Assembly: GCA_964035575.1 (NCBI GenBank)
Contig: OZ037845.1
Span: forward strand, 868,001 to 932,000
DNA: 64,000 bases
Source of the DNA: Rhynchopus sp. YZ270_cl-10
Lineage: Eukaryota
Direction: 5' to 3'
The translations under genes and the position numbers were made by a program. Each line of letters starts with the position of its first letter. The stretch's first letter is position 1. Below are positions 1-13,261 of the stretch, one piece after another. The notes below the pieces were generated by a model. That model was not told the DNA's origin, did no database searches, and saw only the letters and a program-made list of their open reading frames with translations.

Positions 1-1907
1 ATAGGTCACCACACCACACATTCTGCAAATGTACAATAAGAAAGAAGTCGACACCATGCAAAAAATGCAGCTGAAGCAAAACAAAAAAATGGAAAAAAAA
101 AGAGGGGAAAAAAAAAAAAACAGAGAAGTTGCCGACTTCCAAAGCCAGCTTTTTCCCCGTACCACACAACGGTGAAGTAAAACCATAAGTCAGGTCATTT
201 ACTTCACGCCGTGCACCAGAGATGAACCTCTTCTCTCCCCCAATAACACCTCCTTTTTTTGGACCATCTGTTGGTAGTGAAGCTCCCATGCAGACTCCGC
301 TGTCACATTATTTTTTCTCTTCCAACCTGCCAACCGGACAACACAAAGCATACAACAACCTCCTATAGCACAACAAAAAGAAGAAAAAAAACCCTCTGAC
401 TTGACAGTACAAAGCCCGCTCATGGCATTGTACCTAGGTGGACCCCCCAACCATGCAGTCAAAACGAATTTCATAAAACAAAACAAAAAAATCTTGGAAG
501 TGCTTGGGCAATGTTCCTAAAGAAAGACCTACAGTACCGTACCCACCCAGAGGTAACATCATTACTCCAAAAGACCCCTATTAGAGGGTCAGCGGCCTGG
601 TGCGATATCAGTTATCCGTGTATGGGTAGTGATAGGGTTCTATGGGACACACACATGCACCCAAATGAGAGGTGTAAGGAAAAAGTGGTGATTTGACACA
701 AAAAGAAAAAAGAAAAAAAGGTTGGAGCAAACGTCCTCTAAAGTGTAGTGTGGTAAGATGGTCCCCAGCCTCGTGGTTAACCCGTTTTTTCAACCAATAA
801 AAAAAAATGGAAATGAAATGCAAGACCTCCCTGCTGTGGTCACATTTTGAACAAGTGACCACATCTGCACATATTTTGCAAGATAAAAAGGTAGGGAAAA
901 AAAGAGAAGGGCCGGCGAACCTCGCTGAGCTACCTTCTGGAGAACAAAAAAAAAAAGGCAAGCTTTCATATAAATACTGCAAAAAGAAGAAAAAAACAAC
1001 AACATAACGGATAGTATGTACGCTGGTGTGGCAGGGCGCTCACGATATTTTTTAAAAAAGGATAAATTTCTTCATCATAAGAACAGAAATGATGAACAAC
1101 GAGAGACACAAAAAAACACCGCCAAGCGTAAGGCAGTATAGAGACTTTTTGTTCTTGCACCATTCAGTACAAAACAAAACCATAAAAAAATAAAGTAGAG
1201 TTGAAATACAAAACCCTCTCGTGACAGTGTACCTTGGTACATGACCAAGGTACACCAAAAATACTGACACACAAGCCCTGAGCGTAGCAATAGTTCTGGA
1301 CTTTTTCTCACATACTCTGGAACAGCTCACTACAGTGCTAAAAAAATGAAGAGCTTTTTTTACCAAAACAAAACAAAAAAAATGGAAAAAACTTGAGTTG
1401 AAAGAAAACTTGAGAGATTATATCCGAATTGAAAAAAAAAAACCCCGCCTATAAACACACCCAACGAAAAAAAAAGGTATTTTTTCTTTTAGATGAACCT
1501 AATCTTTGCTTAGGTCATCTTAATAAAACAGGGGGACAGGAAGCACAATGGCTTCTGCTCTATTTCCCCCCCCCCCCCCACCCAAAAACTCAACTTCTCC
1601 CCCCCACCACAATCTCCAAGAGGCCATTCCCCTTTCCCTTTCCCTCTCTCCCTATACCCTTTCAACCGTTCTCTATCGGCTTCTTTACCCTTTTTCCCCA
1701 TTGCTACGTTACCAGCTTATGTACCGGCAGTCACCTATCTGCAGGCTGTCTTATACCAACAATCACATCAATACATCTGATTTTTGCCTGAAATTTGGTG
1801 GAGTTTGGTTGATATTTAAACCCCACCAAACCCCACAAAAAAATCATGCAAAATCAGGTGGTCAATAAACGATATATTGTCGGTGGGGGGTGATTTTTCA
1901 TTTAATT

Positions 1908-3539
1908 TTATGCTATCATAGCCCCGGTTGTTCGCTTAATTCGTTTTGCGAGGAGATCTGCGCATTTTAGTGCGGTTTTTTTGTGAGTGGAGTGTGCCAC
2001 ACTTGTACGATCTGCTGCGACAATGCGCATCATCTTCATTGCGTAGACGTACATAGTACCTGCAAGGGTGTCGTTGTGCATGATCTCCTCTACGCTTGCA
2101 CGAAGGGACACTTCCTTTGCGTGCTGGAAGATTATCAGCTCCGCCGCATCCACCCGCTCGTCATAGAAACAGTCCAAATCGTGCGAGCTATTCAACAGCT
2201 CCCCTACCCCCTTCATCGCAACGTTGAACAAACTCATCAGACGCTCCCTCGCGGTCTTCCAATCCTCCAAGCTTATGACCTCTAACAGAATCGGCTTATC
2301 CGAATGCAGTGCATTCCACGCAGCAGAACACAAATCCGCGGTCTTATTATACAACGAAATCATTACCCCAGGCACGGAGGCTTGGGTAACACAAAGGGCC
2401 GTCCCTTCCACTGTAGACGAGGTAACCGAAGAGTTTGAAACCGTATTGCTGCAAAATGAGGTATTATTACTCGGAACCATCCTACTCGCAATGTCTGAAA
2501 TCGCGTTCGCTGCGCTCAGACGTTCCATTAAGGTATCCCACGACTCTGAAGCCTCCTTCACAGAGAGGTGGTGTACGTGAACGGAGCTGGTGATAATTGA
2601 AATGACGCCCGCAACTGCCGCGTACTGCACGCTTCTACTATGTCTGCTGGCAAGGCAACCTAACACCCAAGGGTCATTAAAGAACCCTGCAGAGTCTACA
2701 CGTCTGTTGGGGTCTGGTTGGAGTAATTTATCGAGAAGGTGTTTGAGGTTGGCTCCGTGCGCTTCTTCGTGTTCGGGGGCAAGACGGAGGGGTTTGCGTT
2801 TGCTTGCTCGCATCTTCTGCAACAACTCTACTTGAGTGAAAGCAGGATACGGCGGCTCGCCCTTCAGCATTTGATACAAAATGATTCCTGAAGAGAAGAG
2901 GTCCACCTTCGCACCGTAGCCACGTTGGGTAGAGCCGAGCGCTGCTTCCAACACTTCGGGTGCCATGTACAGAGGCGACCCTGCGATGGTCTTCGCCATA
3001 TCATCCACAGCGCCGAGATACCTCGCAAAGCCGAAGTCCGCAATCTTAAGAATGGCCAGATGCGGGTCGGTGTTGGAGAGAAGGAGGTTGTGTGGCTTCA
3101 GGTCTCTGTGGATGATGTTGAGGCGGTGGAGCTCCTGCATGCCGCAGCAGAGATCTCCATAGAGACGCTGCACCAATTCAACAGGCATAGGCTGGCCACG
3201 TACCATGGCACGGTCGAGATCCCTGCCTTGCAGGTGTTCTAGCATTAGAAGCTGGTATTTTCCGTTCTGCAGTTGGTCGTAGAGCTGTACAATGTTCGGG
3301 TGGTTTACCTTGGCAAGAATCTCGGTCTCAGCCCGCAGCCGTTGCTGAAGCTCTTTTGAAAGGTTTCTCATGTTCGTCACCTTGACTGCCACCTTCATCC
3401 CCGTTTGCAAGTCCTGTCCTTGATACACCTTCCCATAGTTCCCTTCCCCCAGCTTCAACTTCAATACCTGCCAACGTTTGCCCACAATAGTCTTTTCATT
3501 CTCTGACTGGCTCGGTAGGGAAGGTGAAGGTGGATCCAT
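1908..3539 (-). CDS. ATG1: ATG1/ULK-like Ser/Thr protein kinase
   Basis: 543-aa ORF with GEGNYG, VAVK, HRDLKPHNLLL, LKIADFGFARYL and IAGSPLYMAPEVL motifs typical of ULK/ATG1; helical C-terminal region. Confidence 0.7.
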   Translation of the reverse strand: MDPPSPSLPSQSENEKTIVGKRWQVLKLKLGEGNYGKVYQGQDLQTGMKVAVKVTNMRNLSKELQQRLRAETEILAKVNHPNIVQLYDQLQNGKYQLLMLEHLQGRDLDRAMVRGQPMPVELVQRLYGDLCCGMQELHRLNIIHRDLKPHNLLLSNTDPHLAILKIADFGFARYLGAVDDMAKTIAGSPLYMAPEVLEAALGSTQRGYGAKVDLFSSGIILYQMLKGEPPYPAFTQVELLQKMRASKRKPLRLAPEHEEAHGANLKHLLDKLLQPDPNRRVDSAGFFNDPWVLGCLASRHSRSVQYAAVAGVISIITSSVHVHHLSVKEASESWDTLMERLSAANAISDIASRMVPSNNTSFCSNTVSNSSVTSSTVEGTALCVTQASVPGVMISLYNKTADLCSAAWNALHSDKPILLEVISLEDWKTARERLMSLFNVAMKGVGELLNSSHDLDCFYDERVDAAELIIFQHAKEVSLRASVEEIMHNDTLAGTMYVYAMKMMRIVAADRTSVAHSTHKKTALKCADLLAKRIKRTTGAMIA

Positions 3540-4234
3540 CTAAAACGGAAATGAGAGTGGGAAGGGGGGAGGAGGAGGGGAGGGAGGGGGGAAAAGAGGA
3601 AATTATGTCACAGAAAAGAGGGGAATGTGGGTTATATGGTGTATGGTTGTGTTGTGTATTTGCTGTGGAAGGTTTTTACAGTTTATAAAATACGACATAG
3701 GATGGTGGGTTGGGTCTTGGAAAACCGTGTTACCATCCGAGAGGAAGGATCGAAGACACCGTGGAAGGTTGGGGGTGTGTGAAGAGTGGAGGTTACAAAC
3801 AGAAGGCTAATGGAGCGGGTGGGGGTAGGTGTCTTTTGATGTTGGTCTGCTAGATCTTTATTTGTGGGGGGGTTTTTTGAGTTTTTTTTTTTTTTAGGGC
3901 CGTTACAATGGGCACGAGGGGGGTTGTACCGAATGAGAACGAAAAAAGAAGGCCCCACAAGGGAGGCCCGTGGACAAAAAATAGGGTCGGGGGGAGGGAA
4001 ACAGGTGCCGAGGCTCGCTCCTCACCTCAGCGTGGATCGAATAGGAGTTGCGAAAATTGCTTTTCTTTTTAATCAAACGAACTTGACCAGAGTAGAGAAT
4101 TACAAACACAACAAAAGAGTGAAAAGAGAAAAAAACAACAACAAATCAAAGCAAAAGATGTGTGTGTGTGTGTGGCGTCTTGGTTCAGGTCTTGGTCTCA
4201 GTCACAGTCACACACACGGGAGTGCTGGGCGCAT

Positions 4235-5599
<1,365 letters not shown>

Positions 5600-5685
5600 T
5601 TAAACTCTGTGTGGGGTGGCATGAGTGAGTGTGGTGTGTTGCGCATGTGAAATGCGAAGGGGTGAGAGCGCAAGACGTAAGTGTT

Positions 5686-5766
5686 TCAGACAAAGCGGTT
5701 GAAGTATGTGCTCATGGTCGAGACTCACATTGGTGCCAGCACTGACAATTAAAAGGTTTTCATCAT
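5686..5766 (-). ncRNA. box C/D snoRNA family S1 (predicted SSU rRNA guide, yeast Gm562-equivalent)
   Basis: Minus strand AUGAUGA...CUGA; internal GUGCUGGCACCA is antisense to SSU UGGUGCCAGCAC; near-identical copy at 37531-37611. Confidence 0.8.
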
Positions 5767-6817
5767 GCTTTCGTGTCAATGTTCAGAAGAGAAAAAGGGA
5801 AAAAGGGAAGGGTGGTGAGGTGGTGACAAAGTAGCAAAAGGATGGGCAACACAGGGGATTTATTTTGGTTTTACTTTGTTTTCTTCTGCTGAGGATGTGG
5901 TCCTGACAAAACCTGTTGTGAGGCTTTACTTTTATTTCAGGCCCGCCTTTCCCTCTTTTTGCAAAGTGCAAACAAGGGAAAAGGAGAGAGTACACACAAA
6001 AAAAAGAACCCCTCAAGACAGAGAGAAGGTCGTGCAGAACATCACACACACACAGAGCAACGGCAAACTTGGTGCGCATTGTCGGTGCATGTGTGTTTGC
6101 ACGTGGGGGCGGGGGAGGAAAAGGAAAAGGAAAATGAAAATGAAAGGGAAAAGGAAAAGAAAAACAATGAAAAAATTGAAATTGAAATTGAAATTGAAAA
6201 AACAGCAGTGTGACACTGCGCCCAAAACACACATTCCGCACCGTACAGGCACAGCTTCCCCTCTCTGTCTCTGTCCCCCGCACGATCAAGTCAACGTTCC
6301 AGTCCACACCTTGCAGGTGTGGCAGTGAAGTTGCGCGCAGGGGATGATAGTTTTAAGGATGGAAGCACCGCAGACGAGGTGGTGTCTGCAGGGAAAGGGT
6401 CCTGGACAAACATGACAAAAGAAGGACACAAAAAGGGGACACAACAATGCGAACATGGAAAATAGAAAAAGTGACATAACCGAAAAATGTGCGTTTCAAA
6501 ACAACAACGTGGCCCTCAAAAAGAGGGAAATCGTCAGGTGAAAAAAAAGCAGATGCAAAGTTGTTACTGCGAATGAGGAAGACGCAAGACAGGAGAAGAA
6601 GGATCTCATGTGTGCTGGCAGCCTCGCTTTGTCACATCCACAAAAAAGCAACTGCTAATATAAAAGCCCGAAAAAAACGAGACCACGTTGTAAAAACGAC
6701 ACGATGCGAATATTTTAAAGTAGAGAAAAGAGAAAAGAGAAAACTTGAAAAACTAGCATATGATCCCACCTGCAAAGAAAAAGTGCAGCCAAGAAAACAT
6801 TTGTAAGCTGAGCACTG

Positions 6818-6900
6818 TCACAGTCACTGTCACAGTCACAGTCACAGTCACAGTCACAGTCACAGTCACAGTCACAGTCACAGTCACAGTCACAGTCACA
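6818..6900. repeat. (CACAGT)n microsatellite
   Basis: About 13 tandem hexamers just past the stop of the Cys-rich gene. Confidence 0.95.
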
Positions 6901-6907
6901 GCCACAC

Positions 6908-8647
6908 TCAGATGCACTGTCCACGGCCCTCGCTGTCCAGCATGCAGCGCTTCTGGTCACCGCAGTCCATGAGCACACACTGGTTGAACACACAGCAGCT
7001 GGCGCCGTCAGATCCCGCAACGCACACGTGGTCACGCGCAGTGCAGCCGGTGGAGGCTGTGCACGACGCCTTGTCTCCGCACATGGCCTGCTTCCTGCAG
7101 ATCACGTCCTCGCAGCAGCCATCCTGCTTCTGGTCAGTCACCTCCACACAGGCGCTGGTGCTTCCCGTGAGCAGTGCCAGCAGCATGTCGATTCTGCAGA
7201 TGAGTGCGTCTGTGCCCTCAACAGCGCCGTAGCCGGCAGGGCAGGAAAGCGGGGCGGGGCAGCAGGGCTCCTCGTCACGCACGCAGCACTTCTGGCACCT
7301 TGGGCCCTGGCAGGTAGGGTCAACGGTGCAGGTGTAGCCAGGCTTGCAGGCGTCAAAGCCTGTGCCACAGGTGGGGCCCTGTGCGGAGCAGAAGGAGGGG
7401 GTCGGCGGGGTCGGGGGGGTCTCCTTCACACAGGTTCCGGGTGCGTCGCACGTCGGCTCCGAGCACTGGCAGGTGAGTCCCGAAGCGCACCTGTTGTAGA
7501 AGCAGGGCAGGGTGAAGCCGCCACAACCCGCACCCTCAGGCTGGTAGTCAACACATTCCTTTGTTGTGAGGCATGCGAACCGGTCGGGCGAAGAGGTGTC
7601 GCGTGTGGCGCGGCAGAACTGCGTGCTCGGGCAGTCTGCGTTCGTGTCGCACCCGCTCACAACAGTAGGGGCCGGAGGGGCGGTCTCCTTCACACAGGTT
7701 CCGGGTGCGTCGCACGTCGGCTCCGAGCACTGGCAGGTGAGCCCCGAAGCACACCTGTTGTAGAAGCAGGGCAGGGTGTAGCCGCCACAACCCGCACCCT
7801 CAGGCTGGTAGTCAACACATTCCTTCGTTGTGAGGCACGCAAAAAGGTCGGGCGAGGAGGTGTCACGTGTGGCGCGGCAGAACTGCGTGCTCGGGCAGTC
7901 GGCGTTCGTGTCGCAGCCGTTCACAACAGTAGGGGCCGGAGGGGCGGTCTCCTTCACACAGGTTCCGGGTGCGTCGCACGTCGGCTCCGAGCACTGGCAG
8001 GTGAGCCCCGAAGCACACCTGTTGTAGAAGCAGGGCAGGGTGAAGCCGCCACAACCCGCACCCTCAGGCTGGTAGTCAACACATTCCTTTGTTGTGAGGC
8101 ATGCGAACCGGTCGGGCGAGGAGGTGTCACGTGTGGCGCGGCAGAACTGTGTTTTCGGGCAGTCGGCGTTCGTGTCGCACCCCTGCACAACAGTAGGGGC
8201 CGGAGGGGCGGTCTCCTTCACACAGGTTCCGGGTGCGTCGCACATCGGCTCCGAACACTGGCAGGTGAGCCCCGAAGCGCACCTGTTGTAGAAGCAGGGC
8301 AGGGTGAAGCCGCCACAGCCCGCACCATCAGGCTGGTAGTCAACACATTCCTTTGTTGTGAGGCACGCAAAAAGGTCGGGCGAGGAGGTGTCGCGAGTGG
8401 CGCGGCAGAACTGTGTTTTCGGGCAGTCGGCGTTCGTGTCGCACCCCTGCACAATCTGCCTGCACGTGATGGTGGTGCAGCACGCAGACGCTGTCGTGCA
8501 CGTACCGCTCTGCAGTCCCTCTGGTGTGCACGGTGTCGCCGTCTCCACAAACCCAAGCGGGCAGGTGGGGTGCTGCAGGCAGCAGTTCACGTCTGCAGAC
8601 GCGACAGACGCGAGCAGTGCTGACACGGTGATTGCGAGCACCTTCAT
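6908..8647 (-). CDS. secreted cysteine-rich protein with four ~88-aa tandem repeats
   Basis: Signal peptide [18 protein letters not shown]; four 264-bp repeats (~7421-8452) GCDTNADCP...[21 protein letters not shown]...GTCV separated by Pro/Thr linkers. Confidence 0.9.
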   Translation of the reverse strand: MKVLAITVSALLASVASADVNCCLQHPTCPLGFVETATPCTPEGLQSGTCTTASACCTTITCRQIVQGCDTNADCPKTQFCRATRDTSSPDLFACLTTKECVDYQPDGAGCGGFTLPCFYNRCASGLTCQCSEPMCDAPGTCVKETAPPAPTVVQGCDTNADCPKTQFCRATRDTSSPDRFACLTTKECVDYQPEGAGCGGFTLPCFYNRCASGLTCQCSEPTCDAPGTCVKETAPPAPTVVNGCDTNADCPSTQFCRATRDTSSPDLFACLTTKECVDYQPEGAGCGGYTLPCFYNRCASGLTCQCSEPTCDAPGTCVKETAPPAPTVVSGCDTNADCPSTQFCRATRDTSSPDRFACLTTKECVDYQPEGAGCGGFTLPCFYNRCASGLTCQCSEPTCDAPGTCVKETPPTPPTPSFCSAQGPTCGTGFDACKPGYTCTVDPTCQGPRCQKCCVRDEEPCCPAPLSCPAGYGAVEGTDALICRIDMLLALLTGSTSACVEVTDQKQDGCCEDVICRKQAMCGDKASCTASTGCTARDHVCVAGSDGASCCVFNQCVLMDCGDQKRCMLDSEGRGQCI

Positions 8648-9251
8648 CTTCGAACGGTGCTGTTTGTTTGTGTTGTGTGCAAAGTTCCTGTCGGAATGTG
8701 GTGTGGTGTGCGAGGGGATTGCTTTGGGGTACTGAGGTAAGCGGAGGTGGGAGAGAGCTTGGCAAAGTGTAAAAAAGTGGGGAAGGAAGGGAACTTTGGG
8801 GTGCGTGTGGGGCTGGTGAGTACTGTTACATATTTATTACGTCCTTCTGGACACAAAGAGTGACCCACCCTCTTCTGTAGACTACCTACGCCTAAAAGAC
8901 GCCGCGACTCGGACACCGATGCGAGGGTGTCCTTGATCACCATGGTGAGAGGGTTGGTGGAAAAGATCTTTCAAAAGACACCATTACTACTTTCGGGGGG
9001 GAGAGTGTGACCGCAAAACCAAAACAATTAGCGGGCCCGTAAGGGGTTGATATACACACAGGGAAACAGTTAAAAACACTGTGACCCGACTATGAATAAC
9101 TAAATGTTTGGACACTTTCTAATTTTTTTTTCTTCCACTTTATTGCGCGGACCTCGGAAACGCAGTTAAGCGCATTTTCGACTTCCGGAAAAATACCAAC
9201 ACTGGACTCAAAAACCAAATTACCACATTTCGTGACTGCTACTGATGTGTA

Positions 9252-10787
9252 TCATTGAGAAAGCTGCGGAGGTCCTCCCGGATAACCCATCTTCTCCATA
9301 TTTTCAGTATGACGAACATGCAGGTACTGCACAAATGCTTTTGGGTCCTTGTGATGAATACTGAACTGAATTTCATGACTACCAATCTTATGGTAGTCCA
9401 ATACTATTACGAAACCCAATGCTAGACCAGGTGTCAGCAAATCGAACGGTTTTGAAAAAAGCTACAAGATACACTTCCTTTCTTGCACCACTCTGCGGAT
9501 CATGCTCATCGAACGTCTTGCGCATCCTCACATTAGAAGACACTTCTACACACCTGACCGTGAGTGATTCGGTCATGTCAGCGTTCGCATCCTTCGTGCA
9601 TGGATCTAGTGTGGACACTTCTCATTAGTATTTCAGTAGTTACGAGGTGTCAGAGCTCGCAGACAGGGGAAAAATCCCCCGGTAGAGTTATTTTTTGAAT
9701 GAATAAAACAAAGGAAGAGAGAAAATGAACCGCATGCTTGCCATGCCTGTCCCTGTCCCTGTCTGAGTCCCGACGCGTACGCTTGTCATGCCTGTCACGA
9801 CTGTCCCTGTCGCTGTCCCATGAGTCCTGACGCACACGCTTGCTACGCCTGTCATCACGTCCCCTAGGTGTACCTCGTCTGTTCGCTGGACTCTGAGTTG
9901 CACTAGGTGCAGACAAAGCTGTGCCGGTTTGGCCCTGTCCTTGCGGGGGTATCGTTGCCTCTACCCACTGCTTTATTCTTTCCGCATCGAGTGCAGGCTT
10001 GTTCAACATTTGTAGAGACGTCACCACCTCTCCTTCAGGTGTCTCCAGGCTCTGATTGATGACGCAGTGCTGGAAGTGGGAATGTACCCGTCTATGAGGT
10101 TTGCGTGATGGGTAACAATCGTCTCATGACGAGGCCCACCTATAACAGCGAACTGTGGCATTGTAGTATCACCTAGGACATGTAGAAAAGACATTATCTT
10201 CCTTTCAAACATAGCGCGATACTTCCACATTCTGGGTGGGTCCCTCGTTCTGAACGAATCCTTGCCGCACACTTCGCACGGAGTCCTCTCTACATCCTTC
10301 CACGCCGTAATATCACTTGCTCTCACACTAGCAGTACGATTTGCGTTAAATGCAGCGGGATATGTCCCCTGTATTTTCCCCATCTCTTTTTCCATCTCCA
10401 TCACCAACTTCTGCGCATTCACTTCAACCGTCCTCTACAGCGATGCAATCGTATTCTGCAGCGCTAACAACATTGCATCACGTACGTTCTCCTTCTCCTT
10501 CAGTTCGCCGATCCTGGTGACCAATCCCTTCGCTAATTCGTCCGTGCCAGAGTACCTATCAAGCTCAGCCACTTCCACGTCCACAGAGGTACTCGCAGGG
10601 AGCTCTCTCACCCTTCCACGAGATGGGCCTGCCTTCTTGCGAGCTCCTCTTCCAGATGCCCCTTCTCCTTCTGCACATTCCTTATGTCTTCTCCCAGTTG
10701 TGCGATAGTTGCTCGTTGCTGGGACAAGTCAACAGTCTCGGTCTTTACTGCAGGAGAGACATCAACGCGAAAATCCCTCTCAGACAT
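9252..10787 (-). pseudogene. degraded coiled-coil/RD-rich gene, possibly mobile-element derived
   Basis: Protein-like reading from MSERDF (10787) needs a frameshift near 10610, passes an in-frame TAG near 10435 and a second frameshift near 10025; further ORF fragments down to ~9250. Confidence 0.5.
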
Positions 10788-11397
10788 GCTTGAAGGGAAA
10801 TGGTGTTGTAGAACGGAACAAAACAAAACAAAATGAAACGAATAAAAATAAGAACAAAGAAACCAAACGTTGCAGGGGTTGGATATGCGGGTGGGTAGGG
10901 TGCAAACAAGGGGGTATATGAAGGGGTTGTGTTGTACTGTTTGTGGGATGATGAATAGATAGGGGGTTGTGGGTGGAGGGTGGAAAGAGTGGCCATGGTG
11001 GGGCATGGGCTTATGGCTATTTTCTCTTACGGTAAACACTGTAATTAATAAGCATCTGATTCATAAATTCCGAATTTATGAATCAATTAATTAATTTTTC
11101 CGGATTTTGCGGAATTCACAAAATAGAGTTCGGACTGTATAATACAGATGCACAAGACAGTGTCCTGCAGCTGTGGATAGAAAGCCGCTTGACAGACTGT
11201 TTTGGTACATCTCTGCATTTACATGAAGCAAACATTCATGTGCACATGAACAAAAGAAGAAGGACAAGAGAGCTGCCAACACGTGCAGTGCACATGTTCC
11301 AGCCAAAGTGTTTCTTGAAAAGTAAAGCAATAAAAGCAATAAAAGGTTAGGGTTGCCTGAAGCAGGTCAGACAGAACAGATGTGCCTCACATGCACC

Positions 11398-11883
11398 TCA
11401 GCATCGCGACACACGCCACTCGTCACGCAGACGCTTCACCTTCGTCTTCTCCCCCTTCGTAACACGTGGCACAGGCTTGTTCTGTGGGAGTGTCCGCAAC
11501 ACACCCTCACGCATCTGTCCACCCAACCCCACCCGCATCATCGGTCCACTCTGTGCCGGCTTCGCACACCCCGTCGCACGCTGCCGCCGTCTGCTGCTGT
11601 GTGTGTCCTGTGTCTCCACATCCCCAACACCAAGCGCCACACCTGCACCTGCACCTGCACTGCCAACACGCAACAGCTGCACGTGTCCTGCATCCTCAAG
11701 CACAGTCTCCGTCTCCCACGTGCACAGCCCCTCCGCACCACGCCACGCAACAAGGTAGCACCGCTCCCCGTCCCCGCGCCGTCCCTTCCGCAGCACCTGT
11801 CCGGGTGCAAACTCGTCCACGGGGTTCACCAGATCAGAGCATGCTGTCGTGTGTGCGTGTTCCTCACGTCTGGACAGAGACAT
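11398..11883 (-). CDS. chromodomain-containing protein (copy 1)
   Basis: EFAPGQVLRKGRRGDGERCYLVAWRGAEGLCTWETETVL fits the chromodomain pattern YLVxWxG...TWE; ORF intact in both copies; start at MSLSRR is inferred. Confidence 0.65.
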   Translation of the reverse strand: MSLSRREEHAHTTACSDLVNPVDEFAPGQVLRKGRRGDGERCYLVAWRGAEGLCTWETETVLEDAGHVQLLRVGSAGAGAGVALGVGDVETQDTHSSRRRQRATGCAKPAQSGPMMRVGLGGQMREGVLRTLPQNKPVPRVTKGEKTKVKRLRDEWRVSRC

Positions 11884-12024
11884 TTGGATGTGAGTGGAAA
11901 GGGAAAGGATAATAGTGTGTCTGTTGGTGTGGTGTGTTTGTGGGGTACGAGGTGTCGCTCCTTCCATCACATCAACAGCTCCTCAATCTAAATAGTATTC
12001 ATGTGTTTCGAGGCAGAAGAGAGA

Positions 12025-12111
12025 TCAGAGGTGTCCTAAGGTATTGTAAAGCCTATTCGGGCATCGCTCGTGGAGCTCCGACTGGGGCGGCATATCAGTG
12101 GTTTTCATCAC
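12025..12111 (-). ncRNA. box C/D snoRNA family S2 (U31/snR67-like + U58-like LSU guides)
   Basis: GUGAUGA...UGCCGCCCCAGU-CGGA(D')...CCUUAGGACACCU-CUGA; both guides antisense to conserved LSU rRNA; 5 copies in window. Confidence 0.9.
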
Positions 12112-12616
12112 TTCCGAAACTGCAGTGGTCGCAATGAAGCAATCGAGTATCAAAACATGGGGGTTGGTGTCAGTTGTTTTGTACATCACTTCGTGACGTG
12201 GAGAAAAGTGTGGAGAAACAATGTTGTTCGTCACTCTTGGTATCTTCCGCTTCCCCTTTCTGATGTCAAACACATCATAAGGGGGAAGGCAAAAGCCGCA
12301 CCAAAAGGTAGAAGAAAAACCCAAATAAAGCAAAAGGAGTAAGCTGGCGAAGAGAAGATGTGTTTCGGAAACACAGTAAAAATGAAAGCAAAGTTGTGAA
12401 CGGTAACGTGCAGACGCCTCGTGGACGCACACACACGATAAGAAAACCCAAGGTGTGGAGATCAAAGCTAGCTCAATGTCTCCACAATAACAGGGCGAGC
12501 AGGAAGTGGACGACACATTGTACATCCCTTCCTTCCTTCCCGACCCTGCCCAAAAAATATGAAAGTCAAAGTGAAAGTCGCAGACATCACCAAAAGGCCC
12601 CAAGACACAAAACAGC

Positions 12617-13261
12617 TCATGCCTTCAAAACAGCACGGAGGCCCTCCGCAGACGCGTAGTACTCCTTCACCTTCGGGTGGTTTGCAACCACAGCCTTGTG
12701 TGCAGCAAGGTTCTTGAACGACACCAGTGCGTCCGACGGGACACCGTCAAGGAACCCAGACACAAGGAACTGTGCATATGTGAAGATCACCAAGTCTGCC
12801 ACTGTCAGGGAGTCACCCACAGCGTACTTCTTCCCCGCAAGACGCGAGTCCAGGAAGACAAGCCACTTGTGGAAGTCCCCACCCTCAGCAATGGCGGTCG
12901 CACGGAAGGCCTTCTTCTCGTCCTCGTCCTTGATCGCAAACGACTTGCGCAGAACTGTGAAGAGCTCATCTGCGTAGTCAATGATCTCGTCCACACTCAG
13001 CGCCGCACGTGCATCCTTGGGGTACAGGTTCGTCAGTCTCCCGACGTAACGCAGGATTGCGTTGCTCTGTCCCACCACCTCCCCGTCCACGTGCAGAAGC
13101 GGCAGTTGTTGCGGTGCCACCTTTGCCTTCAGACTCGCTCCCCACGTCGGGAAGTCAATGTGCTCATCCTCAAACGCAAGGCCACCGATGTGTGCGGCAA
13201 GACGGGTCGCCTCAGGCTTCGAGGGGAGGGCGAAGTAGACAAGCTTCAGGGTCGGTGTCAT
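12617..13261 (-). CDS. GST: glutathione S-transferase (sigma-like), copy 1
   Basis: LKLVYF, QLPLLHVDG, GQSNAILRYVGR and VGDSLTVADL motifs. Confidence 0.93.
   Translation of the reverse strand: MTPTLKLVYFALPSKPEATRLAAHIGGLAFEDEHIDFPTWGASLKAKVAPQQLPLLHVDGEVVGQSNAILRYVGRLTNLYPKDARAALSVDEIIDYADELFTVLRKSFAIKDEDEKKAFRATAIAEGGDFHKWLVFLDSRLAGKKYAVGDSLTVADLVIFTYAQFLVSGFLDGVPSDALVSFKNLAAHKAVVANHPKVKEYYASAEGLRAVLKA

Noticed and set aside
11205..11290. Possible additional AGA-box RNA
   Set aside because: Only a short ACAUGAA/UUCAUGU stem; no convincing lower stem or pocket.
12025..12603. ORFs overlapping the snoRNA repeats (...EVMKTTDMPPQSELHERCPNRLYNTLGHL and similar)
   Set aside because: Frames and lengths differ between copies; conservation is explained by C/D boxes and rRNA guides.
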